Source: a virus
Direction: 5' to 3' (one strand)
IMG/VR virus record: IMGVR_UViG_3300012013_001209
Length of the DNA: 34,138 nucleotides
A program made the position numbers and the translations under genes. The notes beneath the pieces are model-generated. The model made no database searches, was not told the DNA's origin, and worked only from the letters and a program-made list of their open reading frames with translations. Each line of letters starts with the position of its first letter. Positions within the stretch are counted from its first letter, which is position 1. This document shows, piece by piece, positions 27,987 through 34,138 of this stretch.

Positions 27987-29062
27987 TATGCAGGCGCCGG
28001 CAACCCGCCAGCCATCTGCAGCGCGAGGGCCAACACGCCGCGTTGAACATCAGGCTCCAGATTGCCCGCCATCACAGTAGCGTCTGGGGGAGCCACGGAA
28101 GCGGTTTTCACGATCTCCCACACTTGATCCGCCGCAGATTTGGCGAAGCGCATCCGAACAGTTTCCTCGGGGATGTGGGCGATGACGTGTGCAGGCACAA
28201 TGGTGTCCGCCATCAGCACCGAGGAGTCCGCCATCTTGACGATCTCATCCTGAGTGTGACCGGAATTGAGGATGGTCCACGGATCTGTCTGCAGGCCCGC
28301 GTATTTGATGAGGTGCGTCTGGTCCAGCGCCTCCATCATTTCGACACCCTCTTCGACGCTCACCTCCTCGTGCTCGACCGAATTGACGATGTCACGGTAG
28401 GTCTCGACATCCGCCGTGGACACTCGCGCATATTTGCGGAAGCCCACCAGTTCGCGCGCGCGATCGAAATCGCGGACACGCTCATCAGTCATGTGCTTCA
28501 CGAGCGGATGCAATTCGGACAGGGGCACGCCGCGCGCGTCCGCAGCCGACTTGATGTTGGCGCAGGCTTCCTTGGCCCACAGGGCTGGAATTTTCTGATC
28601 GCTGTAATCCCGTGCGAGTTGCTCCGCCGACTCCATCATCTGCCCTACGGTGGAAATATCGTAGAAGCCGTCGGCGTCTCCGGCGGCGTTTTTCACAGTC
28701 ATGGCGACGAGCGGGATCTCAGGAGCGTCGGCTGCGGCACTCTTGATGTGCACGGTGACGCTCTCGATGAGTGCATCCAGTTCTGCCTGCTCGATTTCCC
28801 ATTTTGCAGCAGCAGTCTTGGCGGTTTGAACTTCCGGGGATTCTGCCGAGGCTCCATTTGCCAGAAGATAAGCGAGGGAAGAAAAAGCCGCCGCTGGTGT
28901 GTGGAGCGGGTGCAGGCGGTGCAGAGGATCCGCGAAAGTGGCAGAGGACATTTTCACGAGTTCGTCTTCGGACGGATGCGGAGCGTCCTTCACCCAATCG
29001 GGCATGGCGCCATTTACCGCGCGAAGCCAACCCGGGTTTTTGTCTTTTAGATAATCCAGCAT
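27986..29062 (-). CDS. Hypothetical protein rich in K-x-A motifs, probable virion/head protein
   Basis: Likely ATG at 29062 (MLDYLKD); 11 of its 17 Lys have Ala at +2. Confidence 0.7.
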   Translation of the reverse strand: MLDYLKDKNPGWLRAVNGAMPDWVKDAPHPSEDELVKMSSATFADPLHRLHPLHTPAAAFSSLAYLLANGASAESPEVQTAKTAAAKWEIEQAELDALIESVTVHIKSAAADAPEIPLVAMTVKNAAGDADGFYDISTVGQMMESAEQLARDYSDQKIPALWAKEACANIKSAADARGVPLSELHPLVKHMTDERVRDFDRARELVGFRKYARVSTADVETYRDIVNSVEHEEVSVEEGVEMMEALDQTHLIKYAGLQTDPWTILNSGHTQDEIVKMADSSVLMADTIVPAHVIAHIPEETVRMRFAKSAADQVWEIVKTASVAPPDATVMAGNLEPDVQRGVLALALQMAGGLPAPA

Positions 29063-29099
29063 TCGGCGATTCTGCCACGAATTCACCGCGATGTAAAAA

Positions 29100-29450
29100 G
29101 AAAAGACGGCGGGCCATGTCGTAGGCGCATTGATTTGCACCCGAGCGCATTCCGCGCAGCCCGCCGCTTTTCTCCGGACTCACCACATTAGGAAAGGCCG
29201 TCCGGGGGCCTCTCAATAAACCCACCCGAGTAGGGGTCCCCTGCGCATGTGGCACGAGCGCTCTGGCGTCAGTGACCGAACGTCACCGCGCCTTGTCTCC
29301 GCGTGAGTAACCTCGCGCGGAAAATCCCTCCCCTGAATTCCGGCTGCGCCAATGACCTTTCGACATTCGTGTTTTACACCTTTATGGAAGTAAACAGAAT
29401 TGCCCTGGTGTCTCGCGGCGCAGCCGGAATTCAGAGGAGGAGAAGATGTC
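29100..29450 (-). ncRNA. Candidate structured non-coding RNA or regulatory region
   Basis: 24-bp stem 29327-29350/29417-29440 with an inner hairpin, further hairpins at about 29265-29292 and 29299-29320, and a terminal stem 29107-29166 followed by a T tract on the minus strand. Strand not certain. Confidence 0.5.
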
Positions 29451-29498
29451 CTCAGCAATTCCATATAACTCGCAAAGGGCTTTTATTTCACACGACAG

Positions 29499-32000
29499 TT
29501 GCCGTATGCTCAAAACCCCTCTAGCCTCTGCCCAGTGACCGCAGACCTGATTTCTCAATCCATTTCCATTTCCGAAGCCCTGTATGACTTCCATGCCAGC
29601 CGGGCACATCCAGGCGGGCAAACCACGACCTGCCCAGCCTGCAGGCAGACCCTGCATATCTACACGCACCACGTGCTGTGCGAGAACCGCTTCTGCAACT
29701 TCCGCACAGGTACTGCGATCGACATCATCGCAGCCATTGACCAGAGCTACGGGAAAGCCCTCCAAACGGTGCGGGCCGCCTACCCGAAGCGCTTCAACCA
29801 CCTGTCAGAAAGCGCGCTGTATGACATCGAAGCAGGGCTGCGGAAAAGGCGGGCACTCCTGGACTTCTTCATCCGTCACGGGAAACCAGACACGGAAATA
29901 GGGTCCATTGAAATGATCCAGGCCCGGTCCTGGTTGAAGACGCAGAGTATGGATGCTTCCGTGCAGACGGCTTCCATACTCTGCCTTTCCAGAAAACAAT
30001 TCTCCGAGCTTCTGGAACTTTCCGCCGAATATTGTCCCGATGTCGGTCTCCCAAAATATTCCCTCAGGCCTGGATCTGCCATGCTGGTCGTCCCGCTTTT
30101 TGCCGCTCCGTCCGTGATAGCCGGATTCTTTTTCTTCCAATCCAACTCGAGCACCCGAATGGTGCTGCACCACTTCGAGGAATATAAATTTGGCTTCACC
30201 GGACTACTCGACCGCAACCCCAGAGCCACACGGCTCCATCTGCACACCGAAGCGATCACAGCCATTCAAGCAAACACCGAGCACGCGCGTCTGCGTCCAG
30301 ATATCTTCTCCGTCGGGATGGTCTACGAGCCTCGGGGAAATTACAACGACTGGTTGTTCAATGGGATCACTTACGATCCGACGGACGTCCCGGTAAAACT
30401 TCTTCGGGGAGTCGCAGATCTAGCCTCCAAAATGCCTGTCACCGTTTCGACGGTCGCGGGCAATCTGAGCTGGTCCAAGTTCATCATCCAGCATGCGCTG
30501 ACTGGTATCATCAAGAACGGCATTTCAAGGGAGACCGAGGATAATATCAGCGCGCTGCAATTCAGCAGTTCTGAATTCAAACAATTGCTGTTTGAACTCA
30601 ATCAGCTACGATATATGCGAGAGGCGCAGACGCTCGAGAAAATGCGGCAGACCCGCTACATCATCTCCCATGACGGCATTCTGTTCTATCACGCGGCCGA
30701 CGGTTATTACGCCATACGCACTGATGGCAGCCGGGTGGAGTTGACGAACTTCACTTGCGAGTTCGATGACAATATCATCTTCCCCGACACCAGCGTTTAC
30801 GCGCACACCGGCACGATGCATTTCCGAGGGGCCAAATATCCGCTGTCCATTTCCAGCGCAGACCTGGCCAGCCTCGAAGACATGGAGAATGCCGTCCGCA
30901 TGACGGAATTCAAACATGCCAAAAATTCCGTCGAAGGCTCTCCAACCCCGACCATCAAGGAACGACATTACGCGCGCCGCCTGCTTGGATACTTCCGTGA
31001 GCAGATATCAAATCTCGACCGCCACGAAGGCATGGACGGCTTAGGATGGAATCACCGGAAGAATGGATTCTGGACGCCGTGGGGCCGGATCAGCGCGGAA
31101 GAATGGGCAACCAATGTCCGGACCCCAAATCCGAATTATGACTTCTGGCACTGCTACGATTTGCAGATGCAACCCGCCCCAGTCGCCATCCACACCGATG
31201 TCCCGATCGTGTTGGCGGATATTGTCAGTAAACTGATCGGACTGCTGGGACGCAGTTTCGCGGATTTTGCCGTGAAACCATTGGCCATCGCTTTCACTTC
31301 CGAAGGCCATAATCTGCTGCGCAATATCTTCCGAGCCCTCGGGCAAACCGAACCGTTTTCTTTTAGCGTTCGCTCATCGTCTGGCATCGAAATCAAAGGC
31401 ATCCGCGGCTTCCCCATGCTCGTCACCGGCGCGTCCAGAGGACAGATCGAACGGGCCGGTCAAACCTTCGTCGCACTGGGAGATATTGGAACGCCTATTT
31501 ACGGAACGGCGACCGATCAGGAATTGAATCTTCTTCTGCCGACTCTGCCGTGGATATTCAAGGAGTGTCTGCAATGGATCATGAAGACAGCCGGCGGCAT
31601 GCTGAAGATGTTCAGCAGTGTCGATTACGGGACGGCGCTTGCGCGCGAAGGCGCCTCCATCATCAGTCAGGCAACCGGATTGACGTGGCCGGTGTCTTCC
31701 CCGGTGCATCTGCGTCTGGAGCGGTTGCTCAACCAGATCCCATTCCACCTCACGAAGAATCATCTGGCGCAACACTTGATGGATCAGACGGTGATTATTT
31801 CCACCAAGGGTCTCGATGTGAATATGGAGGAACTCTACCTCGAGCTGACCACCATCTGCAGAACGGTCCTGCCGGCGGCGGAATCAATTACGGTTGATGC
31901 CATTTCCATGCTCGACCTGCTGAGCAATTTCTACGGGCAGATGCCGATCATGAAACGCGAAGGCATTCCCTCGATGGCAGACTTCACACAGGCTGGTTGA
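29499..32000 (+). CDS. Large Zn-finger protein resembling a degenerate primase/helicase (DUF927-like central region)
   Basis: CPAC...CENRFC..GTAID resembles a primase Zn-binding domain; VELTNFT and GLGWN..GFWTP resemble DUF927. No Toprim EGxxD or Walker A seen. Start uncertain. Confidence 0.55.
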   Translation: MPYAQNPSSLCPVTADLISQSISISEALYDFHASRAHPGGQTTTCPACRQTLHIYTHHVLCENRFCNFRTGTAIDIIAAIDQSYGKALQTVRAAYPKRFNHLSESALYDIEAGLRKRRALLDFFIRHGKPDTEIGSIEMIQARSWLKTQSMDASVQTASILCLSRKQFSELLELSAEYCPDVGLPKYSLRPGSAMLVVPLFAAPSVIAGFFFFQSNSSTRMVLHHFEEYKFGFTGLLDRNPRATRLHLHTEAITAIQANTEHARLRPDIFSVGMVYEPRGNYNDWLFNGITYDPTDVPVKLLRGVADLASKMPVTVSTVAGNLSWSKFIIQHALTGIIKNGISRETEDNISALQFSSSEFKQLLFELNQLRYMREAQTLEKMRQTRYIISHDGILFYHAADGYYAIRTDGSRVELTNFTCEFDDNIIFPDTSVYAHTGTMHFRGAKYPLSISSADLASLEDMENAVRMTEFKHAKNSVEGSPTPTIKERHYARRLLGYFREQISNLDRHEGMDGLGWNHRKNGFWTPWGRISAEEWATNVRTPNPNYDFWHCYDLQMQPAPVAIHTDVPIVLADIVSKLIGLLGRSFADFAVKPLAIAFTSEGHNLLRNIFRALGQTEPFSFSVRSSSGIEIKGIRGFPMLVTGASRGQIERAGQTFVALGDIGTPIYGTATDQELNLLLPTLPWIFKECLQWIMKTAGGMLKMFSSVDYGTALAREGASIISQATGLTWPVSSPVHLRLERLLNQIPFHLTKNHLAQHLMDQTVIISTKGLDVNMEELYLELTTICRTVLPAAESITVDAISMLDLLSNFYGQMPIMKREGIPSMADFTQAG

Positions 32001-32328
32001 TCAGACAGAGAAACCACATGAACCCGATGTGCATCGCCTGGTCCACGAAGAGCGGACCCTCACGCCAGATGCTCGGCGGAGTCTGACCATACCACTTCAT
32101 CCACAGCAGATGCAGCCGGAAGCGATCCTGTAGCCAGTGCTCGATCATTATTGCCAGGAACATCCATGCAGGGATTTTCACACCCATAAACAGCATGAAG
32201 ATAAAAGGCAGCGCGTAATGCAGCAGGTGAATTGTGCAGACCCAGGACTTTTCAGACTTGGTCTGCATGCTGTGATCCTGCAGTAAGAAGTCCCCGATCA
32301 AATGAGCACCGATCAGGTATTCCAGCAT
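31984..32328 (-). CDS. DUF3307-like membrane protein
   Basis: AHLIGDFLLQ...H...HWLQD...DQAMH with hydrophobic segments. Confidence 0.8.
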   Translation of the reverse strand: MLEYLIGAHLIGDFLLQDHSMQTKSEKSWVCTIHLLHYALPFIFMLFMGVKIPAWMFLAIMIEHWLQDRFRLHLLWMKWYGQTPPSIWREGPLFVDQAMHIGFMWFLCLINQPV

Positions 32329-32513
32329 TATCCAGGTCCGGTTTGGATTCGATGCTCGTTCAGCACGGCCCCTGCCGCGGCAATCCACGCTTCCCGAAGA
32401 GCCTCGCTCTGCTGCCTCCATTGCGGTAGAGGTTTACCGTCGAACGATTTCCAACCGCGAGTTTCGCAGTATGTCTCGTAGGCAATTTGTCCGTAATTCT
32501 CTTCTTGGTTCAT
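32328..32513 (-). CDS. Small hypothetical phage protein
   Basis: GQIAYETY...LPQW...REAWIAAA; coupled to neighbours at both ends. Confidence 0.65.
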   Translation of the reverse strand: MNQEENYGQIAYETYCETRGWKSFDGKPLPQWRQQSEALREAWIAAAGAVLNEHRIQTGPG

Positions 32514-33211
32514 CGCATGTTCCTCCCGCTGATAAATCTCCGAATTGGCCCGTTGCCGACCTTGATTTGCCAGATGGCAGGCTGCCGCGGCAGTGTCCCC
32601 ACAGGCACGTGCAATGTGTGAACGTCCACGTTCCCTCGGGATGTGATCATCACGTCCGTCCGGTCCGTGGTTTCGTAAATCACCACGTCGCTGATATCCA
32701 CAACCAGCACGTGGATATTTTCGAGCAGGGCGCTGTTGGGTGCGTAATATAGAACCACTTCCGCAGAGCCGTCCGGATCCGATTCGATCTGCTCTTCTTT
32801 CCCGCCTGCATCCGCCGGAAAAACGCCGTAGGCTGGGCCCAGCCTGCCGCTGAAAGGCATGCTCGGCAACCCGCGGAATCCCGTCGGCCTCGCCGGCGGA
32901 GGAGCCGTCACTGTTGGTGACGCACCGCCGCCTCCTCCGTAACTGACAGAAGGATGAGCTGGAGTGTCAATGGACGCATCGCCTGCCATCCATCCGAGGG
33001 AATAATCGTCCGTGTCATCGGGGACTTGGTCCAGTTCGTAATCGAATCCAGTCTCGGTCACGTTGGCAGGATAAACGCTGATCAGATTGTCGCCGGTCAC
33101 TCTCTGGACCCAGGTGTTGACGACAGGGACCGTGCGAAAAGCCTTCAAGAACACAACGCTGCCATTCTTGGAGCTGTTACGATTTAGGGTGGCATTACCG
33201 ACTTGGAACAT
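32510..33211 (-). CDS. Hypothetical protein, possibly tail-associated
   Basis: Beta-rich, with a Gly/Pro linker; late-region context. Confidence 0.6.
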   Translation of the reverse strand: MFQVGNATLNRNSSKNGSVVFLKAFRTVPVVNTWVQRVTGDNLISVYPANVTETGFDYELDQVPDDTDDYSLGWMAGDASIDTPAHPSVSYGGGGGASPTVTAPPPARPTGFRGLPSMPFSGRLGPAYGVFPADAGGKEEQIESDPDGSAEVVLYYAPNSALLENIHVLVVDISDVVIYETTDRTDVMITSRGNVDVHTLHVPVGTLPRQPAIWQIKVGNGPIRRFISGRNMR

Positions 33212-33228
33212 AAAATTCAGGTGGTGGC

Positions 33229-33639
33229 TTAAATGCTGATCGTGCTCTCTGTCTTCAATTTGCCGAGAGCTTTCTGATTCCCCACCAGATCCGTCACGTC
33301 TTCCTTAATATGCTCCCACAGATCGTCAGCCTCAGCCGGCGACAGGCAGTGCCACGTCAATTCAGCCAGCCGGTAGTAGGGCACACACTTCGCCGGATCC
33401 CCGTCCACATAGTGCGGTTGATCCGCCGGGATGTCTTGCATCTGATGCACCGACGCCACCACTTCGAATTCATCTTGCGGGCCGGCGGCATCCGGCTTCG
33501 CCGCGTGGAATACGAATATCTTTGGCGAGAGGGTGCTTCCATTGTCCGGCGTGCAGACAATCTTCAGCGGCCACGTGTGCTGCGCAGCTCCGTCCAGGGA
33601 CGCCGTGTCGGAAAGTGAATGTCGTGTGAGCGTGAGCAT
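33229..33639 (-). CDS. Hypothetical protein, possibly structural
   Basis: 136-aa ORF with TGATG coupling. Confidence 0.65.
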   Translation of the reverse strand: MLTLTRHSLSDTASLDGAAQHTWPLKIVCTPDNGSTLSPKIFVFHAAKPDAAGPQDEFEVVASVHQMQDIPADQPHYVDGDPAKCVPYYRLAELTWHCLSPAEADDLWEHIKEDVTDLVGNQKALGKLKTESTISI

Positions 33640-34138
33640 CAGATGGTGGATTCTCGCAGGATCATGACAGAACCGAATGGACGTTCCGACTTAAAAAAAT
33701 GGGAGAAGTCGCGCTGCGATTTGCCATCCCATAATTGGAAATTGTATCGGTCGAGAACCCACGCGGATTCGTTCAACCCATACGAGAACAACAGACTCAC
33801 AGGATTGACCGGAACAATCTGAGACGTGCTCGCGATTCCCACAATGTCGTTCAAATATTTCCCCGTAACCCGCTCGTTCTCCCACACCATATTCCAATAC
33901 GCATCCTGAGCGTCCGACGTGCCAGTCAGCGGGAAACGAATGTGATACTTGCCATCCTCTGTGGATACCCACGAAGCCCCGACGGAAGCGTCCGGGGCCG
34001 TCAGGCCTTTGACCAGGCAGAAGGAATCCATGCTCAGTCCGGCGGACCAGTCCAATTGTTTCCACCACGAGCCATCGCCAGCGTGCCTTTTGTGATAAAT
34101 GCGCAACGGACTGCCGAGAATGTCCCCGCGAATCAGAC
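33639..34138 (-). CDS. C-terminal part of a hypothetical (possibly baseplate/tail) protein; 5' end outside the window
   Basis: The frame stays open to the right edge of the window. Confidence 0.6.
   Translation of the reverse strand, partial: LIRGDILGSPLRIYHKRHAGDGSWWKQLDWSAGLSMDSFCLVKGLTAPDASVGASWVSTEDGKYHIRFPLTGTSDAQDAYWNMVWENERVTGKYLNDIVGIASTSQIVPVNPVSLLFSYGLNESAWVLDRYNFQLWDGKSQRDFSHFFKSERPFGSVMILRESTI

Noticed and set aside
28043-29050. 335-aa plus-strand ORF
   Set aside because: Antisense shadow of the K-x-A-rich gene.
1-34138. CRISPR array or short-period (e.g. 5-nt GGY-NN) guide array to accompany the RAMP gene
   Set aside because: None seen by eye in intergenic gaps or small ORFs; a degenerate array or one outside the window cannot be excluded.
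1-34138. tRNA, rRNA, integrase or transposase
   Set aside because: No convincing cloverleaf, rRNA signature or catalytic motifs seen.

Overview
This window looks like part of a large, GC-rich dsDNA bacteriophage genome; no host housekeeping genes, rRNA or tRNA were seen. From about 25.2 kb leftward the minus strand carries a tightly packed replication/recombination block: RNase HI, Mre11/SbcD, Rad50/SbcC, a stand-alone RAMP (Cas7/Csm3-like) protein, an RyR-domain protein, an SF2 helicase, a DnaB-like helicase, an HNH nuclease, an HTH replication-initiator-like protein, a Toprim primase, a UDG-like domain fused to a family A DNA polymerase, a putative SSB, RecA, and a RecQ helicase with a LAGLIDADG intein (gene runs off the left edge). 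To the right are a GpA-like terminase large subunit, probable virion proteins, a highly structured ~360-nt intergenic region and a degenerate Zn-finger primase/helicase-like protein. The main candidate for an undescribed system is the orphan RAMP gene, which sits directly behind sbcC in the RNase H-sbcD-sbcC run with no CRISPR array or other cas gene in the window; the structured RNA-like region at 29.1-29.45 kb is a possible but unproven partner. A second notable unit is the initiator cassette at 13.0-14.4 kb: 32-bp palindrome, promoter, C4-antisense-like leader, internal iteron-like repeats and a C-terminal domain paralogous to the gene upstream of DnaB. All calls come from motifs read by eye; no searches were run.
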